Source: a virus (taxonomy: Duplodnaviria; Caudoviricetes). From it: a DNA stretch of 34,207 nt. Position numbers and translations under genes: made by a program. The DNA lies in the IMG/VR virus record IMGVR_UViG_3300031965_000103, positions 1 to 34,207 of that record; one strand, written 5' to 3'. The notes under the pieces are model-generated. The model saw only the letters and a list, made by a program, of their open reading frames with translations. It did not search any database and was not told where the DNA came from. Positions 1 to 9,211 of this stretch are shown piece after piece (positions within the stretch are counted from its first letter, which is position 1; the number at the start of each line of letters is the position of its first letter).

Positions 1-12
1 GGTCTTTCGTGC
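1..12. repeat. 12-bp terminal direct repeat GGTCTTTCGTGC, left copy (putative cohesive end, cosN)
   Basis: Positions 1-12 are identical to 34196-34207; the phage encodes a GpA-type terminase. Confidence 0.75.
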
Positions 13-110
13 CCCGATATGTGGGTCCATTTGAAAAATTATTTTCGGTGAAATAATGAAAATATGTTTTGTTTCACGTAGTTGCATTTTTTACGTGTCG
101 GTTTTTTGAC

Positions 111-1721
111 ATGACGACACCTCAAGAAATGGCTAAGGCTGTCGAAGATCGGGCAGCGGAACTGTTGCCGACTGAGGAGCGGCAGCCGCTGGACGATCAG
201 TTTGTTAAGGATTGCCTCGATGCCAACGAGCGCGGCGACGGCGTCATGTTCGCCAGCCTGTTCAAGGACAAATTCATCTACAATATCACGCCGAAGGATG
301 GCGAGTGGCAGGCCTGGAACGGCAACGTCTGGGAGATCGATCATAAATCGCTTGCCGCCTCGGCGGCGGTCGAGGAATGCGCCCTGGAGTATCAGCGCAT
401 CCTTGCCCCGCTGAAACAAGAGGTCGAGGAAAAAGAAATAGACAAAAAACACGAGGAGGCCTGGAAGCTCAACCTCATGAAGAAGTACCAGTCGCGCGTC
501 GACCGGCTGCGGGGAAGGGACGGTGTCAGCAAAGTTTTACACTGGGCGCCTATCGTCGATCAGTCAATTGCCTGCAAAGAAGAGCAGTTCGACCGCAATC
601 CGTGGTTATTACCCTGCAGGAACGGGGTAATCGACCTGAAGAACGGGATCCTGACCAAGGGTGATCCGGCCGATAGGATGACCAGGTGCCTGGATATCGA
701 CTACGACCCGCACGCCGACTATTCGCTCTGGGAGCAGGTGCTCCAGGAAATCACCGACAGCGAGAAGGAAATGCCGGAATTTCTCAAGCGCTCTTTCGGA
801 TACGCGGCCACCGGCCATGCTTTTGAGCAGTATATCTGGGTGTTCCTCGGCCCTGGCCGGAACGGCAAGGGTATAATCTTCAACCTGATCGGAGAGGTGC
901 TGCGCCCTTTTTTCCATACCATCAACCCGGCGATGCTGCTGGAGCAACGCAATCCGCCCAGTCCGTCCGCGGCAAGCGAGCACTATTATTCTCTGCTTGG
1001 CAAGCGTCTGGTTGCCGGATCGGAGACCAACAAGGGAAAAAAAATAGACAGTGCGGTGGTCAAGGAGCTGACCGGCGAGGATGAAATCAACTGCCGGCCA
1101 AACTTCAAGTCGGAGATAAATTTCTATCCCACCCACACCATGATGCTCCGGACACAATACGTGCCTCTCGGCATGACCCATGATTTCGCCATGCGCGAGA
1201 GGCTGCTGCTTATTGATTTTCCGTTTCGCTACGTCGACGATGTCGAGGCCCACAAGAAGAAAGAACCTCAATTTGCCGACAGGTTTCGGCAGAAAGACAA
1301 AAAGTTAAAGGATAAACTGCGCGAGATAAAGCCGGGAATCCTGCGCTGGATCGTCGACGGTTGCCGAGACTGGCAGGCTATGGGACTCGCCCCGCCGCAA
1401 CAGGTGATCGATGCCGTGGACACCCTGGGCAAGGAAGAGGACTATGTCGGCAGGTTTGTCCTGGACTGCCTGACGTCGTTGCCGGACCATCCAAAGATGA
1501 AGGTTGCCTGCAAGGAGATGTACGCCATCTTTGAGTGGTGGTGGGCGCAAAACGAGGGGGCGCACGAGCAGCGGATCCCGGCGATGAAGACGGTCAATAA
1601 GTCGCTGCGGGAAAAAGGTTTCAAGGTCGATGGTATCGGCGGGGTTACCTATGTCTGGGCCTGCTCGATTTCAATCGATATCCTCGAATTAATCAGCCAG
1701 GACAAGAATAATAATCGATGA
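111..1721 (+). CDS. D5/P4-family primase-associated SF3 helicase (D5_N plus ATPase)
   Basis: W..WNGNVW and NGVIDLKNG motifs of D5_N; Walker A GPGRNGKG; VKELTGED; ATG at 111 preferred over TTG at 69. Confidence 0.9.
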   Translation: MTTPQEMAKAVEDRAAELLPTEERQPLDDQFVKDCLDANERGDGVMFASLFKDKFIYNITPKDGEWQAWNGNVWEIDHKSLAASAAVEECALEYQRILAPLKQEVEEKEIDKKHEEAWKLNLMKKYQSRVDRLRGRDGVSKVLHWAPIVDQSIACKEEQFDRNPWLLPCRNGVIDLKNGILTKGDPADRMTRCLDIDYDPHADYSLWEQVLQEITDSEKEMPEFLKRSFGYAATGHAFEQYIWVFLGPGRNGKGIIFNLIGEVLRPFFHTINPAMLLEQRNPPSPSAASEHYYSLLGKRLVAGSETNKGKKIDSAVVKELTGEDEINCRPNFKSEINFYPTHTMMLRTQYVPLGMTHDFAMRERLLLIDFPFRYVDDVEAHKKKEPQFADRFRQKDKKLKDKLREIKPGILRWIVDGCRDWQAMGLAPPQQVIDAVDTLGKEEDYVGRFVLDCLTSLPDHPKMKVACKEMYAIFEWWWAQNEGAHEQRIPAMKTVNKSLREKGFKVDGIGGVTYVWACSISIDILELISQDKNNNR

Positions 1722-1725
1722 AAAG

Positions 1726-1993
1726 CAACTTACTCATTTACTCATTTTTTCTCATTTGCCTTTTCATGCAGACAACATACCGGAATTACAGCAAGTCAAT
1801 TGTCGAAAATGAGTAAATGAGTAAGTTGGCCGCGCGTACGTGTAGAAAAAAATCAATGCAGTTTTTTTACTATACGTACGCGTACATTTTTACTCATTTA
1901 CTCATTTTTTAGTAATCATATATAATAATATTAATAAGTTAGTTAAATGAATTGAGCTATGAGAAGGGTATGAGTAGAAAATTTTACTCATAA
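1726..1993. promoter_or_regulatory. Putative replication origin with TTACTCAT iterons
   Basis: Perfect 23-bp inverted repeat at 1726-1748 and 1806-1828; further TTACTCAT copies near 1890-1905 and 1984-1991; AT-rich tract ~1905-1955; lies between helicase and primase genes. Confidence 0.7.
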
Positions 1994-3577
1994 ATGACGA
2001 CAATGACCATTTCTTCCATCCTGTCTGAAGTAGCAGACCGCTACCACCTTCGCCGCAAGTCCGGCAAGTGGGTCGGCGCGTGTCCGGAGTGCGGCGGCTC
2101 GAACACATCGGACAAGTTCAACATGCGCGATGATGGCGGGTTCAAGTGCTATTCCTGTGAGTTCCGCGGCGATATCATAACCTGGCTGCGCAGGAAGGAA
2201 GGACTCAGTTGCCCGGCTGCCCACGAGCGGGCCGGTAAAGACTGCCAGGTCGACTGCTGCCAGGTGCGGGACAAGTGCCGGCTCGGCGGCGGAAAAAACG
2301 GCAAGGGCGGCAGCCGCAGGTACCAGCTGTCATCGGTCAGGCCGCGGGAGCACCGGCAGGCCCAGGCGCTGCCGGTAAGCTCCGTCACCGCACCGCCTCC
2401 GGCGTGGCAGGCCTGGGCCTGCACCATGGTTGCCAAGGGCCGGGAAAACATCCTGCAGCAGCCGGACGTGCTGCAGTGGCTGGCCAGCCGTGGCCTGGAT
2501 CTTTCGGCGGTGAAGCGGTTCGGGCTCGGCTGGCTGGCGCACAGCTACCAGGTAAAGCGGGCCACGATCGGGATCTCTCCAGTCAAAGACGGCAAGGATA
2601 AACTGTGGGTGCCTGATGGCCTGTTGATCCCGATTTACGACCGGAGCGGCCAGCTACACCGGCTGCGGGTCCGCCGGTCGCAGGAGGCCCGGGCAAGGTT
2701 TCTGCCCGATCTGAAATATGTCTGGCTGGAAGGCAGCGGCACCGGCCCACTGGTGATCCGTCCGGAAGGCAGATACCGCGGTGCTGTCGTTGCAGAGGCG
2801 GAGCTGGACGCCTTTGCCGTCGCCGATGCCCACGACCAGGTGATGGTCATCGGCATCGGCACTGTGAGCGCCGGGCTGCCTGCCCGGTTCATGGCCGAGC
2901 TGCACGAATCCCCGGTGATCCTTGTCGCCCTCGATGCGGATCCGGGAAAAGACGGTAAGCCGGGCCCTGGACCGAAGGCTTTCCAGATGTGGCAGGCGGG
3001 GTACCGGCAGGCCCGCTTCTTTCCTGTACCGTCCGGCAAAGACGCCGGGGACTACGCCGGCCGGGGCGGCGATCTGCGCCTCTGGATAGAAAGCGGCCTG
3101 CCACCTGTGGTTTTGCAGGCTGGCCCTTCCTCCCTTCCTTCCGGCCATGAGCAGCCCTTTTCCCCTGAGAGTTCTCAAGGGGGGGGGAGGGGTGACGTTT
3201 CTCCTCTGGTCGATGCAAGCCAGCCTATGGTTGGAAATGAACTGAAAACGGCGGTGGAAAACGGTTTTAGCGAGGTTGACGATCCGATTGTCGATGCGAT
3301 AAATGTGCTGCCGGAGCTGGAGCGAAATGAGGCGATGAGTTTTTACCGGATTATGCAGGGCCATCCGGTGACCGGCTGGCTGTCTCCGGACGGGGATGCC
3401 GCCGGGATAATCGATGTGCAAGGCGACTGGCGGGAAAATAACCGGGATCTCAGCGACCGGTTCGCTAAATTGTTTTACGGCCCGGCGCACGGGGCGCTGT
3501 GCCGGATCTTCCGGGAGCTGTTTGTCCGCAACGCCCGGGTGTTTGGCAAGTGTGCCTTCGGCAAGGAAACGGTTTAA
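1994..3577 (+). CDS. DNA primase (zinc finger plus TOPRIM, DnaG-like) with C-terminal extension
   Basis: CPECGG...FKCYSC zinc finger; WLASRGL; AEAELDA; ALDAD; GKDAGD. Confidence 0.85.
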   Translation: MTTMTISSILSEVADRYHLRRKSGKWVGACPECGGSNTSDKFNMRDDGGFKCYSCEFRGDIITWLRRKEGLSCPAAHERAGKDCQVDCCQVRDKCRLGGGKNGKGGSRRYQLSSVRPREHRQAQALPVSSVTAPPPAWQAWACTMVAKGRENILQQPDVLQWLASRGLDLSAVKRFGLGWLAHSYQVKRATIGISPVKDGKDKLWVPDGLLIPIYDRSGQLHRLRVRRSQEARARFLPDLKYVWLEGSGTGPLVIRPEGRYRGAVVAEAELDAFAVADAHDQVMVIGIGTVSAGLPARFMAELHESPVILVALDADPGKDGKPGPGPKAFQMWQAGYRQARFFPVPSGKDAGDYAGRGGDLRLWIESGLPPVVLQAGPSSLPSGHEQPFSPESSQGGGRGDVSPLVDASQPMVGNELKTAVENGFSEVDDPIVDAINVLPELERNEAMSFYRIMQGHPVTGWLSPDGDAAGIIDVQGDWRENNRDLSDRFAKLFYGPAHGALCRIFRELFVRNARVFGKCAFGKETV

Positions 3578-3610
3578 CAGTGGCGGCCTTTGGCCGCAAA
3601 AGGAACGAAA

Positions 3611-3868
3611 ATGAAACAGCAAATGGCGGCGCTGAGCAAGCCGAAGGCCAAGGCACTGCCGCGCATCCGGGTGGCGTCCCTGCTGGCGGTGTGCGAATTT
3701 TATCTGCAGCGCTACTACCTCTCTGTCGCTCCTGTGCGCTCTATCGCTCCCACGCTGGAGCGTGGGAGCGATGGGGTTGGTCGTGGGAGCGATAGAGCTG
3801 GGCGCCGTAACAACATCTACCTGCTGCCGGTCTCCGGCCGCAAAATTCAACCAAGGAGAACACCATGA
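3611..3868 (+). CDS. Hypothetical protein containing an in-frame palindromic repeat
   Basis: AAAGGA RBS before ATG 3611; stop overlaps the next ATG (ATGA). Confidence 0.55.
   Translation: MKQQMAALSKPKAKALPRIRVASLLAVCEFYLQRYYLSVAPVRSIAPTLERGSDGVGRGSDRAGRRNNIYLLPVSGRKIQPRRTP
3738..3798. repeat. Palindromic repeat locus 1 (full copy 3743-3772 plus extra right half 3782-3798)
   Basis: ATCGCTCCCACGCT-GG-AGCGTGGGAGCGAT, 14-bp stem. Confidence 0.95.
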
Positions 3869-4248
3869 TCGATGTAACATTGGCCAATCTGCTCGCCGGC
3901 GCCCTGGAAGAGCGGTTTGCCGACGAGCTGCGCAAGGTTGTCAAGAATATCCAGGACCCGAACACCGACGCGGAGGCGAAGCGGGTCATCGATATCAAGA
4001 TCAGCCTGCAGCCGTTCAAGGGTAACCGGGGTATCTGCGGCTTTGTCGTGTCCTGTTCGAGCAAGCTCGGCAAGGATTCGCCGCTGGAGGGCTTTATCAC
4101 CGCCGGGGTCGATCCGATCAGCGGCCGGGTAGAGGCGCAGGAACACCGACCGAGACAGCAGCAGCTCTTCGAGACCAAGGCGGAAAAAAAAATTAGACAG
4201 CAGCTGCACGATGCCGAGCTGCACGATGCCGAACAAAACGGCAACTAA
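3865..4248 (+). CDS. Conserved phage protein (family often annotated replication-terminator-like)
   Basis: AAGGAG RBS; GALEERF...NIQDPNT...KR motif recalled from phage proteins paired with the downstream gene. Confidence 0.6.
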   Translation: MIDVTLANLLAGALEERFADELRKVVKNIQDPNTDAEAKRVIDIKISLQPFKGNRGICGFVVSCSSKLGKDSPLEGFITAGVDPISGRVEAQEHRPRQQQLFETKAEKKIRQQLHDAELHDAEQNGN

Positions 4249-4279
4249 ACCGTAAACCATCCAACAAAAGGACCAGACC

Positions 4280-5002
4280 ATGTCAGTAGATAAAAGTTTT
4301 ATCGACAAAATTCTCAAGCTCGCGCCGGCCGATATCCACAGGGTCGATTTCCGGAATTATTCCGACCGGAAACTTTACCAGCTTACCCCTCCTGTAATCG
4401 GCAATGTCGAGGTGCACACCCTGACGGCAATCGTCGACTTCTGCCGCAAGGAGCTGGTCTCCTCCGGATTCCAGTATCTGGTCCATGTCGCTTCTCCCGG
4501 GGGCGTGGCGGTGATGAGCGCCGCCGACGCAGATTACCGGCAGCGTGAATATCCGGTGACGGCGGTGCTGCAGGCCGAACTGTTTCCTTTTGGCCGTTAT
4601 ATAGATACCGAGCACTTCGTTATTGCCCTGCAGTCGCAGTTTGTCCAGGATAAGACCACTGCGGCAATCCTGGCACTGGTCGGCAACCTGACCACCGTAG
4701 CCGAATCGAGAACGCTCGATGATGGCGTGTCGCAGGTGGTCGAAGCAAGGGTCGGTCTGAGCAAGCGGGAAACCGTGGTGGTACCCAACCCGGTGCAGTT
4801 GGCCCCGTTTAGGACCTTTGTCGAGGTCGAACAGCCGGTCTCTAATTTTGTGTTCAGGATCAACGCCAAAGACCACAGCTGCGCCCTGTATGAGGCCGAC
4901 GGCGGGGCCTGGAAAAATGCGGCTACAGCCAGGATCAAAGAGATCTTGGTGAAGGCCCTCTCGGAGTTTGATGCGGGTAAGATTTTCACCGTGCTGGCCT
5001 GA
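4280..5002 (+). CDS. Conserved phage protein of unknown function
   Basis: AAGGA RBS; DDGVSQ, PNPVQLAPFRTFVEVEQP and ALYEADGGAWK motifs. Confidence 0.75.
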   Translation: MSVDKSFIDKILKLAPADIHRVDFRNYSDRKLYQLTPPVIGNVEVHTLTAIVDFCRKELVSSGFQYLVHVASPGGVAVMSAADADYRQREYPVTAVLQAELFPFGRYIDTEHFVIALQSQFVQDKTTAAILALVGNLTTVAESRTLDDGVSQVVEARVGLSKRETVVVPNPVQLAPFRTFVEVEQPVSNFVFRINAKDHSCALYEADGGAWKNAATARIKEILVKALSEFDAGKIFTVLA

Positions 5003-5010
5003 TAACCGCC

Positions 5011-5550
5011 ATGATTGCCGCCGACACCTCCACCGAACGTTTCGTCAACCGCAAGCAGGCCCTTAACTGGTTGAAGGCCCAGGGCTATAAGATCAGCCAG
5101 GGCAAGTTTTACCAGGACTGCGGCGACGGATTTCCGGTGCAGCATCGGGACGGCTCGGTCAGCCGGTACCAGGTGATGCAGTACGGCCAGCAGCTGGATG
5201 TGTCTGTCCGGTCGGCGGCACCGGATGCGGCCAGGGAGTCGGAAGCGCGCAAGGCTGCGGCCGATGCGGAGATGGCCGAGCTGAAGGCGGCGAAGATGCG
5301 GCGGGAAGAGGACAGACTCTGGCTGCACGCCGCCGACGCCTGGGCGGTCACCGCCGGGCTGATCGGTACCCTGCGCGACTGTATCCGCCATCACCTGTAT
5401 GTGGCCCAGGCTGAGCTGGTGCTGCAGGCCGGCGGAGTGCAGAACAGGAGTCAGGAGGTGTTCGAACTGGCTGACGAGATAGTCGACCGGGCCTTCAACG
5501 AGGTGGCCGGGAACGAGATCAATATAGTTTTCGAGAAAGAGGCGGAGTGA
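5011..5550 (+). CDS. terS: Terminase small subunit (Nu1-like)
   Basis: N-terminal HTH-like segment; coiled coil RKAAADAEMAELK; overlaps terL start. Confidence 0.7.
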   Translation: MIAADTSTERFVNRKQALNWLKAQGYKISQGKFYQDCGDGFPVQHRDGSVSRYQVMQYGQQLDVSVRSAAPDAARESEARKAAADAEMAELKAAKMRREEDRLWLHAADAWAVTAGLIGTLRDCIRHHLYVAQAELVLQAGGVQNRSQEVFELADEIVDRAFNEVAGNEINIVFEKEAE

Positions 5551-7454
5551 TGCCAGTGCAAACCACCATAAACCCGGCCCGACCCAGGCCCGTTCCCGCC
5601 TGGGTACCGCCCGCCTTTCGCCGGGACCTGACCGGCCGGGAATTACTCCTGCCCCGCGTGCCGAAGGCAATCCGTTGGCGGATGCGCACCGCGGACAAGA
5701 TCAGGGTCTCCGAGCATGCGGCCAGGTACCGGACGGTGACCGACGGGCCGCATACCGGGCCGTGGCGGCACGAGTTCGCCCCACATACGGTCAAGATCAT
5801 GGACACCTTCGGCCTGCCCCACGTGCGCGAGGTGTGGTTCTGCGCAGTGGAACAGAGCGGCAAGACCACCACTATGCTCAATTGCCTGCAATGGGCGGTC
5901 GATGTAGCCCCGGGCGATATCTTCTGGATGATGCCGACCGAAAAGACCGGCGATAAGGTCACCGGCGGCAAGCTGATCCCTCTGTTTTCGGCCTCGCCGC
6001 ACATGGCCAAATACCTGAGCGAGCGGCAGGACGACACCTCGATGTCGAAGATCAAGCTCAGGCATGGCGTGACTATCCACCCGGCCCATGCCAATTCGGC
6101 CTCGTCCACCGCCACCTGGTCGGCAAAGTACAGCTTCGGCGACGAGGTGGACAAGAACCCGCCTCAGGTCGGCAAGGAAACCGACTCGATCACCCTGCTG
6201 AAAAAAAGAAACCGGCTGTTCAAGGGACGGTATAAACGGTTTTTCTCCTCCACGCCGGCAGGGATGTTCATCTTCAAGGGTATGCGCGCCTGTCCGCAGG
6301 TCTGGGAATACCGGGCGAGCTGTCCGCACTGCGACGGCCTGATCAGGATGGACGGCGAACACCTGGTGCTGCCGGAGGGCTGCACGGCGGAGAGCGTCGA
6401 CGGCGGCGCGCCGGTCGGCTATGCCTGCAACGACTGCGGCACGGTCTGGACCGATGACGAGCGGCTGGCGGCTATCCGCTCCGGCAGGTGGTACGCGGTG
6501 AAGGGCGGCGAGCTGGCCCGGCCGGCCAAGGTCGGTTTCCATCACCGGGCCTGGGACTGCCTGGATATCTCCCTGACCGAGATCGCCGCCGCCTGGCTGC
6601 GGGCCATCGACGGGACCATGGCGGAAAAGATCGCCTGGGCCAACGGTTACGAAGCAATCGACTACGTCTATGAGCAGAAGGACCGGTCGGAGGAGCATAT
6701 CCTGCGGCTGGTGGACAAGTCGATGCCGCGCAAGGTGGCGCCGCGCGACATCTCGTCGCTGGTCCTCCTGGCCGATACCCAGCAAAGCGGCTTCTGGTAC
6801 GAGGTCTGGGCTTTCGGCTGGGGGCGGGACCTCGGCGTCCACCTGATCGATCACGGCTATCTAAAGACCTTCGCCAGGCTGAAGGACAAGGCCGCCGAGA
6901 CCTACAGCGACGCCGACGGCAAGGCCTACCGGATCATTGCCGCGGCCATCGATTCCGGCGGCGGCACTAATCCGCATAACCCGAAGCACTCCAGGACCGC
7001 CGAGGTGTACGAGTTCTGCCGACAGAATCCGCTGTTTCGGCCGTTCAAGGGCAGGCGGACCATGGACCAGCCATGGAACCGGACCAAGATCGATTTCTTT
7101 CCTGGCTCGAAGGGCAAGAAGATCCCTATTCCAGGCGGGCTGCATCTCTACACCATCAACGTCACCCTGTTTAAAAACGAGCTGTCCGGCAAGATCAATA
7201 TCGAGCCGACCGACCAGGGGGCTATCCGTCTGCATGCCGACGTCGGCCAGGATTACGCAGCCCAGATGTGTTCCGAGTATCAGGACGAGCATGGCTGGTG
7301 GATCTGCCCCAAGGGCAAGCCGAACCATCATTGGGACATCGGAGTGTATGGCCTGGCCCTGGCCGATATCCTGCAAATCCGCAACCGGCGCAGGCAGAGT
7401 GAGGCCGGGTCGGGCAGAAAAGTCTATTCAAAGGGGGTAAATACCAATGGTTGA
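5547..7454 (+). CDS. terL: Terminase large subunit, lambda GpA family
   Basis: Walker A EQSGKT; Walker B FGDEVD; SSTP; CPHC/CNDC; nuclease motifs LADTQ, IDSGG and NHHWD. Confidence 0.95.
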   Translation: MMPVQTTINPARPRPVPAWVPPAFRRDLTGRELLLPRVPKAIRWRMRTADKIRVSEHAARYRTVTDGPHTGPWRHEFAPHTVKIMDTFGLPHVREVWFCAVEQSGKTTTMLNCLQWAVDVAPGDIFWMMPTEKTGDKVTGGKLIPLFSASPHMAKYLSERQDDTSMSKIKLRHGVTIHPAHANSASSTATWSAKYSFGDEVDKNPPQVGKETDSITLLKKRNRLFKGRYKRFFSSTPAGMFIFKGMRACPQVWEYRASCPHCDGLIRMDGEHLVLPEGCTAESVDGGAPVGYACNDCGTVWTDDERLAAIRSGRWYAVKGGELARPAKVGFHHRAWDCLDISLTEIAAAWLRAIDGTMAEKIAWANGYEAIDYVYEQKDRSEEHILRLVDKSMPRKVAPRDISSLVLLADTQQSGFWYEVWAFGWGRDLGVHLIDHGYLKTFARLKDKAAETYSDADGKAYRIIAAAIDSGGGTNPHNPKHSRTAEVYEFCRQNPLFRPFKGRRTMDQPWNRTKIDFFPGSKGKKIPIPGGLHLYTINVTLFKNELSGKINIEPTDQGAIRLHADVGQDYAAQMCSEYQDEHGWWICPKGKPNHHWDIGVYGLALADILQIRNRRRQSEAGSGRKVYSKGVNTNG

Positions 7455-7734
7455 CGATATTGCCGGTATGGCCGGCGGAGTTCAAGAACGGATCACCAGG
7501 GGCGACGTGGAAAACTATAAGCGCTCGGTGCTGGAAAGCTCTCTGCTGGTCGCCCCGCCGGAAGCAGCCCGCATCCTCGCCTGCAGTGAGCGGAAGGTCT
7601 ACGACCTGGTGCGCGGCGGCCGGCTGCACGGCTACAGCCAGATCAGGGGCACCCGCGGCCTGCGGATCCTCGCCAGCGAGCTGCAGGACTATGTGCAGTC
7701 TATACGGATCGCCGCCGACGACTGGCGGGAATAA
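7447..7734 (+). CDS. Excisionase/MerR-like HTH DNA-binding protein (candidate late regulator)
   Basis: PPEAARILACSERKVYDLVRGGRL HTH_17-like motif. Confidence 0.8.
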   Translation: MVDDIAGMAGGVQERITRGDVENYKRSVLESSLLVAPPEAARILACSERKVYDLVRGGRLHGYSQIRGTRGLRILASELQDYVQSIRIAADDWRE

Positions 7735-7740
7735 CACATC

Positions 7741-7804
7741 CATAGCTCCCACGCTGGAGCGTGGGAGCTATGAGGAGCTAAGCAGCTTTCAGCGTGGGAA
7801 TCAT
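7741..7804. repeat. Palindromic repeat locus 2 (full copy 7741-7772 plus half copy 7791-7804)
   Basis: CATAGCTCCCACGCT-GG-AGCGTGGGAGCTATG, 15-bp stem. Confidence 0.95.
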
Positions 7805-7828
7805 AACAACTTTTTGAAGGAACCGGCT

Positions 7829-8614
7829 ATGCTGGATATGACGACAAAACAACCAATAAAAAACGGGGTGCGCAGTTGCGCGCTGGACAGGGAGACGATC
7901 AAGGCAGCTAAATCCTGCCCGATAAACGTTCGAGCCGGCGTCACCATGACAAAGAGTGCGCTCGTTGCCGCCTGCACCGGTCACAGGGCTGTCAAGGGAG
8001 GATCGAACCGCGGGAAAACGAGTGGCGCCTCTATCTGCGATACCTGCCGGACGGGGGCTATGATCCGCAAGGGCAAGGATAATTTTCCGTTACCGGTGGG
8101 GGTAAAACTCTACGCCCAGGATGAATTTGACAGGCTGAAGGAAGCCTATGCCGAGCGTCATGGCTCCATAACTCCCACGCTGGAGCGTGGGAATCATGAA
8201 GCGATGGAGTGTGGGAGTCATGAAGAAAAAGCCTATGCCGAGCGTCATGGAGCGCTCCAGCCTCATATCGCTCCCACGCTCCAGCGTGGGAGCGGGTGGA
8301 CGCCGCCAAGAAAGGACAAGCCGTATCAAGCCGTATCAAGCGACATCAAAACAACGCAGACCAAAACCACAAAGGATAACACCATGCAGACAGACAACAC
8401 CTTGGGAGAATTAAACAAAAAACTCTTCGCCCAGCTGGACCGGCTGGCCGACGAGAAACTATCCGGTGAAAAACTCTCCTCGGAGATCAACCGGGCCAAG
8501 GCGGTGACAGATATCGCCTGTCAGATCATCTCTGTAGGCGGTCTGGCCTTAAAGGCCCGAATCGCTCTCAAGAACGGCACCGGCAATAACCTGCCGAAGA
8601 TGCTGGAAGGCTAG
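7829..8614 (+). CDS. Cys-containing hypothetical protein running in frame through palindromic repeats into a conserved phage protein (internal start 8384)
   Basis: AAGGA RBS before ATG 7829 and before in-frame ATG 8384; C-terminal NTLGELNKKLFAQLDRL...EINRAKAV family is usually found upstream of HNH genes. Confidence 0.6.
   Translation: MLDMTTKQPIKNGVRSCALDRETIKAAKSCPINVRAGVTMTKSALVAACTGHRAVKGGSNRGKTSGASICDTCRTGAMIRKGKDNFPLPVGVKLYAQDEFDRLKEAYAERHGSITPTLERGNHEAMECGSHEEKAYAERHGALQPHIAPTLQRGSGWTPPRKDKPYQAVSSDIKTTQTKTTKDNTMQTDNTLGELNKKLFAQLDRLADEKLSGEKLSSEINRAKAVTDIACQIISVGGLALKARIALKNGTGNNLPKMLEG
8142..8294. repeat. Palindromic repeat locus 3 with a 22-bp direct duplication
   Basis: Copies at ~8172-8193 (GG loop) and ~8269-8294 (CC loop), half copy ~8206-8222; AAGCCTATGCCGAGCGTCATGG at 8142-8163 and 8229-8250. 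Confidence 0.9.
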
Positions 8615-8620
8615 CCGGGG

Positions 8621-9211
8621 ATGTCCGGACATAGCTACACAGCCGAGCAGATCGCCTATCTGCGGAGGCACGCCACCATCGAACGTTATTGGCTGACCAG
8701 GTCGTTCAATAACCACTTCGGCCTGGCGGTGACGGAGGACGCAATCAAGCAGGTGTGTCTGCGGCGGGGCATCAAGACCGGCCGGACCGGTCGTTTTGCC
8801 AAGGGCAACAATCCATTCAATAAAGGGAAGAAGGGCCACAACGGCTTCAGTTGCACCCGTTTCAAGGAGGGTAACCGGCCGCATACCTGGAAGCCAGTCG
8901 ATTCGGAGGTGGTCGATAACAAGGACGGGTATGTCCATATCAAGACCGCCGAACCGAACGTCTGGCGAGCGAAGCAGGTTGTCCTCTGGGAGCAGGCCAA
9001 CGGGCCGGTACCGGATGGTTCCTGTGTAATTTTTGCCGATGGCGATAAACTGAACTTTACGCCGGATAACCTGGTAACGGTCACCAGGGCGGAGCTGCTG
9101 TATCTCAACCGGAAGACACTGATCAAGGAAGATAAGGATCTGACCAAAACGGCGGTTAATGTTGCCAGGCTGGCCTGCCGGGTTCAAAAATTAAATAGGG
9201 TGAGGGAATAA
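8621..9211 (+). CDS. HNH endonuclease-family protein with N-terminal DNA-binding and RFxxG repeats
   Basis: RFAKGNNPFNKG and RFKEGNRPH; GYVHIK; WEQANGPVPDG..IFADGDKLNFTPDNL. Confidence 0.8.
   Translation: MSGHSYTAEQIAYLRRHATIERYWLTRSFNNHFGLAVTEDAIKQVCLRRGIKTGRTGRFAKGNNPFNKGKKGHNGFSCTRFKEGNRPHTWKPVDSEVVDNKDGYVHIKTAEPNVWRAKQVVLWEQANGPVPDGSCVIFADGDKLNFTPDNLVTVTRAELLYLNRKTLIKEDKDLTKTAVNVARLACRVQKLNRVRE

Noticed and set aside
4202-4231. 15-bp tandem duplication (LHDAE twice) and similar short duplications at ~26108 and ~31834
   Set aside because: Consistent with ordinary replication slippage; no further structure
7451-7828. N-terminal extension of the 387-aa ORF
   Set aside because: It overlaps the well-supported HTH gene in another frame; RBS-backed starts are at 7829 and 8384
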